From the NCBI GenBank assembly GCA_964016885.1, contig CAXHJY010001706.1:1-64000 (forward strand): a DNA stretch of 64,000 nucleotides. Direction: 5' to 3'. Shown in pieces: positions 1 to 20,699 of the stretch (position 1 is the first letter of the stretch; every line of letters begins with the position of its first letter). The DNA comes from Eledone cirrhosa (taxonomy: Eukaryota). The translations under genes were made by a program, and so were the position numbers. The notes under the pieces were generated by a model. The model saw only the letters and a program-made list of their open reading frames with translations, ran no database searches and was not told the DNA's origin.

Positions 1-57
1 CACTTTGATTACTTGTACAGGCAATAGTTATTAGAATGCTGTTGAAGTGTGTATATA

Positions 58-77
58 TTTTTGGGGGACATCCTGTA
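58..77 (-). mobile_element. Tc1/mariner-like terminal inverted repeat end (orphan in this window)
   Basis: Reverse complement reads TA-CAGGATGTCCCCCAAAAA, resembling mariner-type CAGGGTGTCCC termini next to a TA dinucleotide. The partner end is not in the window. Confidence 0.4.
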
Positions 78-374
78 TATACACACATTATATATAATAC
101 AATAAACAGATAAATACACACATATATATATGAGCTTATTTAATTATAAATATTGTGAATTTTTAACTCAGTTCAATTATATATATAAATGGCTTCTACA
201 GGACTAGAACTGTTTCATTCGAAAGAAATCATCATAATATTGAGAGGGGGGACTAGATAAAATATTTCAAATCAAATGTGTATAAGTTATAAGTTAAAAT
301 GTATAAATAGAGACGATAGTGGAGGTATATCTGTAGCAGTGAATGAAATGTATTTTCCTTCTGCGGCGGAATGG

Positions 375-734
375 TATTACGGAGGTAAGTTGGCTGAAGT
401 GTGAGCCAATCGAAACCTTCGGTGCACTAATTGGACTGTCCAGAACTACGTCACCAGGTGAGCGGAGGTGACCAAGAGAGACATTAGTCTACACGCACCT
501 CTCTTATCGACAAGACCAGGCTACACTCCTCGCTGCTAACAACATCTCCATCTTGCAATGAAGCGGACCAAACTACATCCTACACATGTAGATACGACCT
601 GTACCTAATGTATCCGTTCAAACCTGTACAACTAATAAATAGAGTTACAACATCGATAATGGATTTAGTCAATGTTCTAAATGCCTTCTGATTTCTATTA
701 TGTATACCAAGAATTGACCCTAAAACCCGTTATA
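375..734 (+). mobile_element. Probable 5' LTR of a Gypsy element
   Basis: Ends immediately before the PBS. Imperfect inverted termini TATTACGG...CCGTTATA; AATAAA at 634-639. The left boundary is inferred and there is no second LTR to confirm it. Confidence 0.5.
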
Positions 735-736
735 AA

Positions 737-794
737 TGGTGACCCCGACGTGATACGATACAACAAATCACATTATAAATGGTGACCCGAACGT
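737..794 (+). promoter_or_regulatory. Primer-binding site (tRNA-Trp type) with a second degenerate copy
   Basis: TGGTGACCCCGACGTGAT (737-754) is complementary to the tRNA-Trp 3' end ...ATCACGTCGGGGTCACCA. TGGTGACCCGAACGT recurs at 780-794. Both are preceded by TTATAAA. Confidence 0.85.
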
Positions 795-1404
795 TTAAGG
801 ACATCAACACAGAAGAAACCACATCTTTCCGTTGCAACGAACACATCAACATTTCGCATCCCCCCCCCCAAAAAAAAAACAACAAAGCCACTCGCCTTTT
901 CTCGGGGTATGTACGCGATTAGCGTGAGTCCTAATATGTATTTGATATATTGTCTTATTGTTACTAAATCTGCACATCACACCTTCACTTTCTAACATCA
1001 CCGAACACATGCGTTAATACAAAAATCTAAATACTCTAAATTTCTGATTGGGCGACGCTATAAAAAAACTAAAAAAAAAAAAAAAACTGTTGGCGCCGAT
1101 GGCCGGTCAGAGCAAGATGGCCGACTTCCGTCTTCTTCAGCTGTTTTCCCGCCAAAATGACGGAGGCAACGCCATTTTGAAAAGTACACAAAAAAAAAAA
1201 AAAAAAAATAATAGGACAAAGATAAATCATAATTTTTTTTTTAAAGCTTGACGTTTTTCCCTCCAACATTGTTTTTGATATATTTTTCTTTTTCTGTCCT
1301 TCACTCGGATTATATTTTTTCTTGGCCTGAATTTTCACTTTTGTCTCGGTGACAAGTGCAGAGTTGTCCTTTCTTTGCCCTTTGCTTTTACATCAGTATA
1401 CACA

Positions 1405-2313
1405 ATGGGTAGCACTTCATTGCCACCGTTTACCGGTGACGTCACTGTCTGGTTCGCCCAGATAGAAGCACATTTCACAGCGAATAACATCACCAGTGAC
1501 CACAGACAGTTAAATCTCCTGTTAAGCGCTTTTCCAGCGTCATTGACGTCGGTCGTCAAAGACTTAATTACAGATCCTCGCCCTGGGGCCACCTATGAGA
1601 GCGTGAAGCTCGAAGTGTTGCGGCGGACCACATTGTCCGCAGAAAAAAAATTTCAGACGCTCGTCAATGACGAACATTTGGGTGATCGGACGCCCACACA
1701 ACTACTGCGTCGGATGAGAGAGCTGGCGGAAGATGCCCCAGCTGACAGTGCCCTCCTTAGACAGCTTTTTGTCTCAAGGCTACCCCCCGGAGTTCAGGCG
1801 ATCTTAGCGCCCATGATGGAGGCTGCTCCTGTCGACCAGCTAGCGGCTTCGGCCGACAGGGTTATGAATGTCATCGGACACCCAGCCTCATTTGCCCCCT
1901 TCCAGGCACCTCAGCCACCGGCTGCGGTCAATCCGTTCTCTCCTGCCTCCTTCCAGGCACCCCAGCCACCGGCTGCGGTCAATCCGTTCGCTCCTGTCTC
2001 CTTCAATGCATCCCAGCCGCCGACTGCGGTCGCCTCCTTCACTCCAGCGGCTGCCAGTTATACCGACCAGTCACTTGCAAATGCAGCAATGCTGCAAGCA
2101 ATAGAGCAGCTAACCAAGGAAGTGAGAAAACTAAGCACTCACAGGGCTCATTCGCCCAGACGCCGTTTCCAGAGCCGTTCACCCTCGCCACGACGCCGTC
2201 ACACAAGCAGTTCAGGTTTGTGTTACTACCACAGCCGTTTTGGCGCAGCAGCACGCTCCTGTAAACAGCCTTGTACATTTTCGGACCAGGGAAACAGATT
2301 TCAGGAGACCTGA
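1405..2313 (+). CDS. gag: Gypsy (Metaviridae) Gag
   Basis: ATG at 1405. Motifs LPPF...WFAQIEAHF and [16 protein letters not shown], a C-terminal CYYH-x9-C-x3-C knuckle, ending QGN over the slippery heptamer GGGAAAC. Confidence 0.9.
   Translation: MGSTSLPPFTGDVTVWFAQIEAHFTANNITSDHRQLNLLLSAFPASLTSVVKDLITDPRPGATYESVKLEVLRRTTLSAEKKFQTLVNDEHLGDRTPTQLLRRMRELAEDAPADSALLRQLFVSRLPPGVQAILAPMMEAAPVDQLAASADRVMNVIGHPASFAPFQAPQPPAAVNPFSPASFQAPQPPAAVNPFAPVSFNASQPPTAVASFTPAAASYTDQSLANAAMLQAIEQLTKEVRKLSTHRAHSPRRRFQSRSPSPRRRHTSSSGLCYYHSRFGAAARSCKQPCTFSDQGNRFQET
1900..2040 (+). repeat. In-frame 51-bp tandem repeat (about 2.7 copies) within gag
   Basis: [17 protein letters not shown] / [17 protein letters not shown] / [10 protein letters not shown]. 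Confidence 0.85.
2289..2295 (+). promoter_or_regulatory. -1 ribosomal frameshift slippery site (G GGA AAC)
   Basis: X XXY YYZ heptamer in the gag/pol overlap; pol is in the -1 frame. Confidence 0.75.
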
Positions 2314-3563
2314 GCACGGCACAGTCTCCTCTGACCCTCCCTAATAACCGTGTGTTTTTCATCACAGACACTGAGTCGCAAGCACGTTGTCTGATCGACA
2401 CCGGCGCGGCTTGTAGCATTTGGCCGCTAAAACTTCTCAAAGAGAAGCCCCAACTCTCAACCGTCTCTCTGCAAGCAGTAAACCAGTCACCGATCCCCAC
2501 GTACGGTCAGATTTCTCGTTCTTTGAACCTGGAATTGCGTAGAGATTTCACGTGGATCTTCACTGTTGCTGATCTGCCTTACCCCATCCCAGGCTCAGAT
2601 TTCCTGCACCACTATAACTTGATAGTGGATATGCGCAGACGCCGGTTGTTGGATGCCAACACAGAACTGTCTGTGCCGGGTACCAGATCGACTGTCTCGT
2701 CGGTCAGCCCGGTCTTCTTTATCGCTGCTACAGAAGATCCTTACCAATCACTTTTGCATTCCTTCCCGGAATTAACAAATTTGAATTTTGTGATGAGTGA
2801 GCCTACTCACTCCACCAAGCACCACATTGAAACATCCGGAGCTCCTGTGTTTTCGCGCCCTCGCCGTCTCTCTGCTGAGAAACTGAAGGCCGCAAGGGCT
2901 GAATTCAATCACATGCTGCAGCTCGGGATCATTCGCCCATCCTCAAGCCCGTGGGCCGCACCCTTGCATTTGGTACCAAAGCGTTCCGGTGATTGGCGTC
3001 CCACTGGGGACTTTCGCCGGTTAAATGCAATGATGGTACCCGACCGCTACCCGATACCACACATACAGGATTTTGCATCTTCGCTGCATGGATGCAACAT
3101 ATTCTCCAAATTGGATTTGGTCAAAGCATACCACCAAATCCCGGTGAACCCGGCAGACATACCTAAAACTGCAGTAACAACTCCATTTGGAGCGTTTGAA
3201 TTTTTGACCATGCCTTTCGGTTTGCGAAACGCAGCCAGCACGTTCCAACGATTTATGGATGAGGTTGTGCGCGATTTAGACTTCGTGTACAACTACATCG
3301 ACGACATTCTTGTGGCAAGTGCCTCACCTGAGGAACATGTCAATCACCTCCGTCTCCTGTTCGAGAGATTTCAAAAATACCAAGTGAGAATTAATCCGGC
3401 AAAATGTGTTTTCGGTGCTTCCTCACTTGTCTTCTTGGGCCATGTCATCAGCCCAGAAAGAATTTCGCCACTACCTGATAAAGTGAAAGCGGTACAAGAC
3501 CTCCAACCACCCACTTCACTTCGTCAACTACGACATTTCCTTGGGCTACTGAACTATTACTGA
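2289..3563 (+). pseudogene. pol: Gypsy Pol (aspartic protease + RT), truncated before RNase H and integrase
   Basis: LIDTGA protease; [44 protein letters not shown]; ends abruptly at [11 protein letters not shown] in AT-rich DNA. Confidence 0.93.
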
Positions 3564-3920
3564 ACTATTACATATACTCATAGTAACAAAATAATTGTGT
3601 TGAAACTTAATATGATGCTTATATGAACGATCAAATCTATAATGATAATTTCTTAAATATACTAATAGTAAAATAATTTAGTTATCTATTGTTACATTTT
3701 CATAGAACTATAATATTAACAATCGTATTGCATTATCAAATTTTTATCACTACAAACTTTCATATTGGAATTACCTTAAGCCACTTATTATTACTTCGCT
3801 TTCGTACTTTTACAGCTGTAGATATTGCGCTGTATCTTATATCTAATATCAATATCTCATGGTAATTTGCATGCAGTGTAAAATAGGTTTATTAATAACT
3901 TTAATATGAAATGTATTATA

Positions 3921-4008
3921 CAGGGCTGCGGAGTCGGCCAAAAATTGACTGGCTCCAACTCAGGATCCGATACTCCATTATTTCCTAAATTTCAGCTCCG
4001 CAGCTCTG
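3921..4008 (+). mobile_element. 88-bp hAT-like MITE
   Basis: TIRs CAGGGCTGCGGAG / CTCCGCAGCTCTG; near-identical 8-bp flanks GTATTATA / TTATTATA (putative TSD). Confidence 0.7.
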
Positions 4009-4254
4009 TTATTATATTAATTAATTTATTTTATAGTTGTAAATCATATTTTTATATGTTACACTCTAAGAATTAACTAAGTGAAATAGCGTAAAAATAA
4101 AGGCTTCGTTGGTTTAAGCTATTTTTATAAAGGATGCCACAGTATGTACGATATATAATGATTACAATATTTTTTAGCAACAACTCTAGTCCCACACTTT
4201 TGAAGGTTTATTATAACATTCTGTGGCACCTTTGAGCTTGCGCATTTTTCATGT

Positions 4255-7068
<2,814 letters not shown>

Positions 7069-7070
<2 letters not shown>

Positions 7071-7389
7071 AACAATTAAGTTAAAGTGTACATCTACATA
7101 TGTATACGGAAGTACTAGTATGCATATAAATACACACATGTATACATATGTACATGTACTGAGTTTTTCACTAGACACTTTACAGTGAGTGTCCAGCTAG
7201 TCTGTATGTAACCAAACAGACAAACCGGGTTTTAAAGTCATACGAGTTTTCAAGGAAACACACTTCCTCTATTCTCCAGAGAGCCAGTGAAAAACTCAGT
7301 ACATGTACATATGTATACATGTGTGTATTTATATGCATACTAGTACTTGCGTATACATATGTAGATGTACACTTTAACTTAATTGTTTA
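7069..7389. repeat. Fold-back element: 104-bp inverted arms with a 113-bp spacer
   Basis: 7069-7172 (TAAACAATTAAG...TTTTTCACT) is the near-perfect reverse complement of 7286-7389. Confidence 0.92.
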
Positions 7390-7454
7390 AGCGTCAGTCA
7401 TACAAAAGTGAGTTAGAAGCGAAACGAAATTTAATTTCGTTTCGTTATGTTTTT

Positions 7455-9015
<1,561 letters not shown>

Positions 9016-9248
9016 TTTCGTTTCTGAATTTGTTTAGCAAGATTTTTTATCTGAAATCGTGTGTTGAAACCGATATTGTTATACTTTGGGAGGGTCATGT
9101 TGCCAATTAGAAACACACGCACCAGTTGCTTTCACTTCAATTTATTATATATTTATAAATTTATAAATTTATAAATTTACAAATCTACAAACTTATAAAT
9201 TTCTGGTTGGTTGGTTGGTTCCACAACCAGATAGTTGTTTATATATAT

Positions 9249-9293
9249 AGTCATAGTCCTTTCGTCACACACTCTGTGACCTCTTCAGTGGCT
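9249..9293 (-). ncRNA. Degenerate minimal hammerhead ribozyme in a Penelope 3' region
   Basis: Minus strand: AGCCA-CTGAAGA-G-GTCAC-agagtgt-GTGAC-GAAA-GGAC-TA-TGACT; about 280 nt downstream of a GIY-YIG ORF on the same strand. Stem I has a mismatch. Confidence 0.65.
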
Positions 9294-9568
9294 GGTGATT
9301 CCTTTCTTCTCTTCGTTTCTGTGCCTTTTCTTTCTTCTATCCTACGCCATTTTGTTTCTGTGTGTGTGTTGTGTGCTCAGTTTGCGCATGTGCCACATCC
9401 GGGTGTCTGTGTGTGTTTGTGTTCATTTTTCTATTTGTTTATTTATTTATTTATTTATTGTTGGTTGGTTGTTTGTTCTATGTGTGTGTGTGTTTTCATT
9501 TTCTCCTGTGTGTGTTTTCAATTGTAAGTTGTTTGTTCTATGTGTGTGTGTGTGTTTTCATTTTGTCC

Positions 9569-9897
9569 TTAATTGTAAGTTGTGATGTTGCTGTTCCACT
9601 CGTATTTTCTATTTAATTTTGGTTTTAATTCTTTTATGCTTACTGCCTCTGTAATTTTCCTAAACATTGCGTCTTTTCTGTGCGTGGATTCTATTTTTAT
9701 TTCTATGCTCTCTAATCTACCCCTGTGTTCTATCTTAGCATGTTGGTAGAGCACAGATGATTCTTTATTATCTTGGAGGTCTCGCCAGTGTTCATTTATT
9801 CGTTCCCCTATACTACGAGCTGTCTCACCTATGTACACTATATTTTTGTTTCTACATTGTCCTTCAGTACATCTTATGCTATACATAAGATGTACTG
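9569..9897 (-). pseudogene. Penelope-like element GIY-YIG endonuclease, 5'-truncated at (TA)n
   Basis: LMYSIRC...[17 protein letters not shown]...SVLYQHA...[22 protein letters not shown]. Confidence 0.88.
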
Positions 9898-9994
9898 ATA
9901 TATGTATATATATATATGTATATATATATATATGTATATATATATATGTATATATATATATGTATATATAGATATATGTATATATAGATATATG

Positions 9995-10127
<133 letters not shown>

Positions 10128-10488
10128 GTATAATATATTTGCTGTATTAATGCTCCTCCACGTATTCTACCTCTATACATCCATGTACTTTCTACTTCCC
10201 TTATTCGGACTTTTACTCGCGTGTACCCTCAGCACACGTCACTGGAATATTTCCCCCTGGGAACATAAATACCGCAACCTGAACTATATTGTATTTCTCC
10301 TGTCTCTTGAACTCTACATTTACTAGACAACGACTATTGTTTGTTTACCTATATCTTCACATCTTTGTTTGCTGTATTAATGTCCTGATTTATCCATCTT
10401 ACTCCAACACCACTCTTGTTGGTTTATTTACATGTTTATACCTATATATTGATATGTTTATATATTTATACCTCTGCTGTACCAATGT

Positions 10489-10630
10489 GCTCTTCCACGT
10501 ATTCCACTTCTATGTATCCATGTATTTCTACCCCTCACATTGGGACCTGTACCCATTAGCTCTTCCACGTATTCCACTTCTATGTATCCATGTATTTCTA
10601 CTCCTCACATTGGGACCTGTACCCATTAGC
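10489..10630. repeat. 70-bp tandem duplication within a larger diverged repeat (10130-10720)
   Basis: GCTCTTCCACGTATTCCACTTCTATG...CTGTACCCATTA occurs twice; a diverged copy starts near 10150. Confidence 0.85.
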
Positions 10631-10904
10631 ACACGACACTAGAATGTCTCCTCCTGAGAACAAAAATTAAACATTACACGACTATATCCCGTACTCTACA
10701 TCCCACTAGGATAAATTACAGATCTACATAATACAATTAACGTTCCTTCATAAAAGACTATTTAATTAAACCCCGCAACCCAAAACCTCATAGAAGTTAT
10801 TTGAATGTCTAATCTTCAATTTTCTGTTTGTTCAACTCTCAATCCTCTTACTCCTTAGTTTCATAATGTTATTCTGAATTCTTTCAACTTCATCCGATAG
10901 AGTT

Positions 10905-11915
10905 AAGCAAAATTCTAAAGTTCCAACTTTCTGTCGGACCGTTGGGTGGGTTTTAGCGGCGGCGCGACCAGCTCCCTGGCGAACGGGCTCACCTGGAGTG
11001 CTTGGAAAAATAAATTCCCCTTCTTTCGGTAAATGAAAATACTCGGCGTGGCTTAATTAGCCATGGGGCCTGGGGCGCGGCCGGTGTTTTAACCGCCAAA
11101 TAGTACCTTTAAATTACAGAACAAATCGGAACTATTATATATATCAACCTGAAACTGTTGAGCCTTAAATTTTCTAACCTCTTTAATATGGAATATTGAT
11201 TATTAATTTATTAATTTTTTAACTTCATCCTATAAGTCTAAACATTGTAACACACTGACCCCCAATATATTCACCTCTGCTAAGATGCGAGTCCCTGTGA
11301 AAATTTTGTCGCGCCACTCCTGGCCCGACCGTGGTGTGACATTAATATCGACCTTCCTTCCTCTCTCTTTCTATCTTCCTTCTTGTAGCTATCAACCATT
11401 ACTCTTTTACTTCTCTAAGCTAAATTTTAAAGTTCCAACTTTCTGTCGGACTGTGGGGTGGGTTTTAATGGCGGCGCGACCAGCTCCCTGGCGAACCAGC
11501 TCACCTGGAGTGCTTGGAAAAATAAATTTCCCCTTCTTTCAGTAAATGAAAATACTCGGCGTGGCTTAATTCGCCATGGGGCCCGGCCGTTGTTTTAACC
11601 GCCAAATAGTACCTTTAAATTACAGAACAAATCGGAACTATTATGTAATTAATTGTTAAACTGTTGAACTTTAAATTTTCTAACCTCTTTAATATTGAAT
11701 ATTGATTATTAATTTTTTTAACTTCATCCTAGAAGTCTAAACACTGTAAAACACTGACTCCCAATATATTCATCTCCGCTAAGATGCGGGTCCCTGTGAA
11801 AATTTTCTCGCGCCACTCCTGGCTTGACTGTGGTCTGACAGTAATATCGACCTTTCTTCCTCTTCCTTTCTATCTTCCTTCTTGTAGCCACCAACCCTTA
11901 CTTTTCTACTTCTCT
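10905..11915. repeat. About 512-bp tandem duplication of an unclassified repeat
   Basis: AAAGTTCCAACTTTCTGTCGGAC at 10917 and 11429; ORFs 11285 and 11784 are paralogous. Confidence 0.9.
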
Positions 11916-12287
11916 CTTCCCTTCCTTCTCTCCTCTCCTACTCCCGCAGACTTATCTTCCTTCCCCCTCTTGCTTGCCTATATCTGACCAGTAGTAGTTA
12001 CCTTCCTCTTTTAGCTGACATTAACCCTGACTTCTCTTCTTCTTTCTTCCCCCTTCTTCTCCTTCCTTTCCTTCTTTCTTTTACCTTGTGTCATGGGATC
12101 GACGTTAACCTATGCTCCCATCTCTTTCTGTTTTCGTTCATCTGACCGGTAGTAGCATACTATAAAATTTAGCCACGTCACTCCAGGGCGACCGGCTGAG
12201 GTTGAAGGAACAGAATAGCGGTCGCCCTCGGGTCTCGTTTTTCAGCCCCATGGATTTTACCTATTACATTCACGTATTATATTTCGA

Positions 12288-12345
12288 ATACCTGATGATA
12301 TCACCGGATTCATACGGAACCCGGTCATTGAAATGATCATAGTAT
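12288..12345 (+). ncRNA. Minimal type I hammerhead ribozyme
   Basis: ATAC-CTGATGA-TATCACCGG-loop-CCGGTCATT-GAAA-TGATCA-TA-GTAT followed directly by AATAAA; palindromic stem III and AUA cleavage triplet. Confidence 0.85.
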
Positions 12346-12544
12346 AATAAACCTTTCAGGGATTTACACAAATCCAGCCTCCTGTCATTTCATTATAATA
12401 TTTAACTCCGTAATAGCACCACCAACTACAAAAACAAAGACGGTTGAACTGCTTTACGTTGAGTACTCTCTATATTATTGCATTACGATTGACCATACGG
12501 AATAGACCAGCTCTATACAGTGGTGAACCTCAAACCTGAATAAA

Positions 12545-14407
<1,863 letters not shown>

Positions 14408-14408
<1 letters not shown>

Positions 14409-15404
14409 ACTTTGAAATGTTTTGGCCAGTATTGGCCCAGGCCATGTCTAACTTAATAGCACCACCTGGCGAAGTCTTTCAATTCAGGATTTGGGCACCA
14501 TGGCCCATTCGAGAAGAGAATTACTGTTTGCGGAGACATATCCGGGATTACTTGGAGGAATTTGTCCAAAGACTTCTTGAATTTTGTGTGGTCAGTTTCT
14601 GTTTTTACGTGTCCTGGTGTGATGTTGAAGAGAGCAGGGCCGATTGAGGTGAAATAATTGTGCCGTATTGTTGTTATGAGTTGCGATTTAGATTTTTGAA
14701 TGGGACGGATAGCCCGGGGCCCAAGCCTTGGGTGTATCTTGAAGGCGATGCCAACATCATTTGGGCAGTGATGATGGAACATTTTCCACATCATGCAGAT
14801 AATATAACGCTCACGGCGACGTTGGAGTGAGTAAAGTTTCAGGTTTTCTAATCGACCCCAGTAGTCAAGGTCTGACATGCCATCTATCTTTTTCGTGATT
14901 GCCCTTTGAGGAGCTTCAAGTTTCATGATACTTTGTTTCGTGTGGCGAGACCACAGTGGACAACAGTATTCAAGGTGTGGTCGGGCAAAAGTAGAGAAGA
15001 GAAGGATAATGGTGCGGGAATCTCTCGACTGGAAGGTTCTGAGGATCCAGGAACACATTCTGCGGGCCATGTCAACTTTGCTGCTTATATGCGTGGTCCA
15101 GCTTATGTTGCTGTCCATGGTTACTCCCAAGTCTCTGATGTTGTTAGATGCCACGAGAGTTTTCCCGGAGGGAAGGGAGTACGGGAGTTTCAGAGCATCC
15201 TCTTTTCCAAAGTGGATCAGTTCGAATTTGTCTTCGTTCAGTAACATGTTGTTCTTTTCTGCCCATTGGGTAACAGCCAGTAGGTCTGACTGAAGGCTTA
15301 TCCGGTCATCCACGCCATTGATGACCTTTTGGAGCTTGGAATCATCAGCGAAAATTTTAATGTTGCTGTGTTTGATGATGTCAGTGATGTCATTAATATA
15401 GATG

Positions 15405-15405
<1 letters not shown>
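14408..15405 (-). mobile_element. CR1-group LINE, 5'-truncated copy 1
   Basis: YINDI...FADDSK...IRDLGV...RPHLEYC...YSLQRRRER. Nearly identical to the copies at 31632 and 54563; carries a 19-bp deletion between TCCGGG repeats near 14546. Confidence 0.92.
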
Positions 15406-17607
<2,202 letters not shown>

Positions 17608-17646
17608 CGGAGGCCATATTCAGTTGATTCAGGCTTATTTAAAACT

Positions 17647-17705
17647 CCGTTTATACATATTTCACTGAGGACTACCAGTTATGATAGCCTGAGCTCCTCA
17701 GACAG
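17647..17705 (-). ncRNA. Hammerhead ribozyme motif, slightly degenerate
   Basis: Minus strand: CTGT-CTGAGGA-GCTCAGGCTATC-ataact-GGTAGTCCTCAGT-GAAA-TATGTA-TA-a-ACGG. Stem I is out of register by 1 nt. Confidence 0.65.
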
Positions 17706-17812
17706 CAAAACCTAAAATAAACATTGAACGTTTTTAAGAAGAAACCTTTACATTTGGAAAAATCCAATAATTTCCCCGAAAGAGATTTTCTCTTCATGAT
17801 ACAGGGGGCCAT

Positions 17813-18022
17813 TACTCAGCTGTAGAAATGAGATGATAGGGACTGAGGTCCATATCATTCCACTGTAAAGTGGTTGTGGAGGTGCCACGGCAAAAATGCA
17901 CCCAGCACTCACTGTAAATGAGGTTGGTGTTAGGAAGGGCATCCAGCTGTAGAAATCAAGCCAGAATCAGCTCCCGTCCCACCCTTGCAAGCAGGGAAAA
18001 GCGGACATAAAATGATGATGAT
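17813..18022 (+). mobile_element. 5'-truncated SINE (family A, RTE-type tail)
   Basis: Matches the 3' two-thirds of 29030-29366; ends in a hairpin plus (GAT)n. Confidence 0.85.
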
Positions 18023-19095
18023 ATATATCCAAAATTAAGTTAAATTAAGGGTGTCATGTCAGATAGACATGCGCCATATCACCCGTAAAATATGCTCCAA
18101 GATTCCAATGAATAGATCTGAGCATTTTATATCAACTAGAAATTAATTGACATATAAATATATCTAAAATAAACATATGAAACAATCACAAGGGATAATT
18201 TGTAAAAGTGTTTAAGCACACACAGCTATGTAGGTAACTAAATAAAGTTTAACTAGAACTTCAAAATTAGATACCTTATAAATTAATTAATCTTCCTTGT
18301 ATATTAAAGAACGGCCCCTTAATTGTAGAGCTAACGCAGTTGAAAGGACTTGACTGCTATTTCTAGTTGTCGATAACCCTATTCACGCCACTGGGACTGA
18401 AAAATAAAACTGATTTGGTCATTCCATGAGAGTATCTTGGTCAGACTATGAACTTTTAAAGGCCAACCTTGTATAATGTTTCATTGCTAGAAGTCTGTCA
18501 TCGCAACTACCTGCAGCACTGCCACCACTGCCTCTACCACCAGCGGTGGTTTTGGCACTGGTGGTGGTGGTGGTGGTGGCAGTGGTGGTGGTGGCAGTGA
18601 AGCTGCTATATTTAATGTGACAACACACACATGGCTTTCAAATTTCCAAATGACTGATTTACAATGATAGAAACTGAAGAGTCAGTTTAAACAGTTGAAC
18701 CATTTTCTAATTTGTTTTGAGGGGTGGTGGTGTTGGTGGGGAGTAGCCCACCCCCACCCTACCCCGCGCCCCAGCCCCTAAAACAAAACAATACAAACAA
18801 AACTACAATGACCAACAGCAAATATAAATAAATTATAAATCAGAAAAATTTCTGCCTGCCTCAGGAGGGAGCACCATTAGGTGGAGTGAATTTTGTAGCG
18901 GGTGCCACTGGTTGTATAGAAACGTAAGGAAGGAGTTCATTCTATTTTCTGATGAAGGAGTAGCATCCGATACATTAAGACTATTTTCCTACCATATCAA
19001 GCATAAAACTAATATGTTTCTTCATTTTATTGTCATTTGCTTTGTTATTTCTGTTTACGTTTTAGCATAAAAGAGAATACATAGTTTCTCACGGA

Positions 19096-20620
19096 TGGCG
19101 GTTGGTTGGTGGTTGGTTGGTTGGTTGGTTGGTTGGTGGCTGGTTGGTGGTTGGTGGTTGGTTGGTGGTTGGTTGGTTGGTGGCTGGTTGGTGGTTGATG
19201 GTTGGTTGGTTGGTGGTTGGTTGGTGGTTGATGGTTGGTGGTTGGTTGGTTGGTGGTTGGTTGATGGTTGGTGGTTGGTTGGTTGGTTGATGGTTGGTGG
19301 TTGGTTGGTTGGTTGGTGGTTGGTTGGTGGTTGGTTGGTTGGTTGATGGTTAGTGGTTGGTTGGTTGGTGGTTGGTTGGTTGGTTGGTGGTTGGTTGGTG
19401 GTTGGTTGGTTGATGGTTGGTGGTTGGTGGTTGATGGTTGGTTGGTTGGTGGTTGGTTGGTGGCTGGTTGGTTGATGGTTGGTGGTTGGTTGGTTGGTTG
19501 ATGGTTGGTGGTTGGTTGGTTGGTGGTTGGTTGGTTGGTTGGTGGTTGGTTGATGGTTGGTGGTTGTTGGTTGGTGGTTGGTTGGTGGTTGGTTGGTGGT
19601 TGGTTGATGGTTGGTTGATGGTTGGTTGGTGGTTGGTTGGTTCGTGGTTGGTTCGTGGTTGGTTCGTGGTTGGTTGGTGGTTGATTGGTGGTTGGTTGGT
19701 TGGTTGTTGGTTGGTTGGTGGTTGGTTGGTTGGTGGTTGGTTGGTGGTTGTTGGTTGGTTGGTTGGTTGGTTGTTGGTGGTTGGTGGCTGGTTGATGGTG
19801 ATGGTGCTGACAATGTTGATGATGATGGTGATGACATTGATGATGGTGATGACATTGATGGTGATGGTGATGGAGATGGTGATGACGATGGTGATGATGA
19901 TAGTGATGGCGATGATGATGATGATGGTGATGACAGTTACAATGGTCATGGTGATGACATTGATGATGGTGATGGTGATGACAATGATGATGATGATGGT
20001 GATGACAAATGATGATGGTGATGGTGGTGACATTGATGATGGTGATCGTGATGGTGATGACATTGGTGATGGTGATGACAATGATGATGGTGATGACATT
20101 GATGATGGTGATGGTGATTACAATGATGATGATGTTGATGGTGATGACATTGATGATGGTCATGGTGATGGTGATGACAATGTTGATGGTGATGACAATG
20201 GTGATGGTGATGGTGATGACATTGATGATGGTGATGGTGATGGTGATGATCAGTAAAAACAGGAATAGAGAGAAAATAGCAAATAGCAGCAGCAGTAGTA
20301 GTAGAAAGTGTTAGTGGCAATAGTAGTAGCAGTAGTAGTTGTGGTAGTGGTAGTAGTAGTTGTAGTAGTAGCAGTAGTACTTGTGGTAGTGGTAGTGGTA
20401 GTAGTCGTAGAAGTGGTAGTAGTCGTAGAAGTGGTAGTAGAAGTAGTGGTAGTAGTAGTAGTAGTGGTAGTAGTCGTAGAAGTGGTAGTAGTAGTGGTAG
20501 TGGTAGTAGTAGTGGTAGTGGTAGCAGTGGTGGTGGTGGTGGTGGTAGTGGTGGTCTTGGTAGTAGTAGTGGTGGTGGTAGTGGTGGTTGTGGTAGTAGT
20601 AGTGGTGGTGGTGGTGGTGT
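19096..20620. repeat. Compound simple-repeat tract: (GGTT/GGT)n, then (GAT/GGT)n, then (GTA/GTG)n
   Basis: Direct reading. Confidence 0.95.
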
Positions 20621-20699
20621 ATGTCCATATGGAAGTGACCTTAATTAGAAGCAGGTACACTCTGATGGGCTTACTGAATAACTTACAAACTCCTCCCTA

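Noticed and set aside
193-236. Hammerhead-like remnant on the minus strand (ATGATGA...GAAACAG...CTGTA)
   Set aside because: Core C is mutated and stem I does not pair; counted only as a remnant.
1080-1200. AAGATGGC/GCCATTTT YY1-like motifs between poly(A) runs
   Set aside because: Short motifs in the Gypsy leader; no independent support for function.
18945-18981. CTGATGA-AGGA...TCC-GATA hammerhead-like motif
   Set aside because: GAAA is mutated and stems I and III are poor; too degenerate to call.
19045-20660. His-, Thr-, Val- and Trp-rich ORFs; telomere-like GGTT tract
   Set aside because: Simple-repeat translations; the tract is an irregular GGTT/GGT mix, not TTAGGG.
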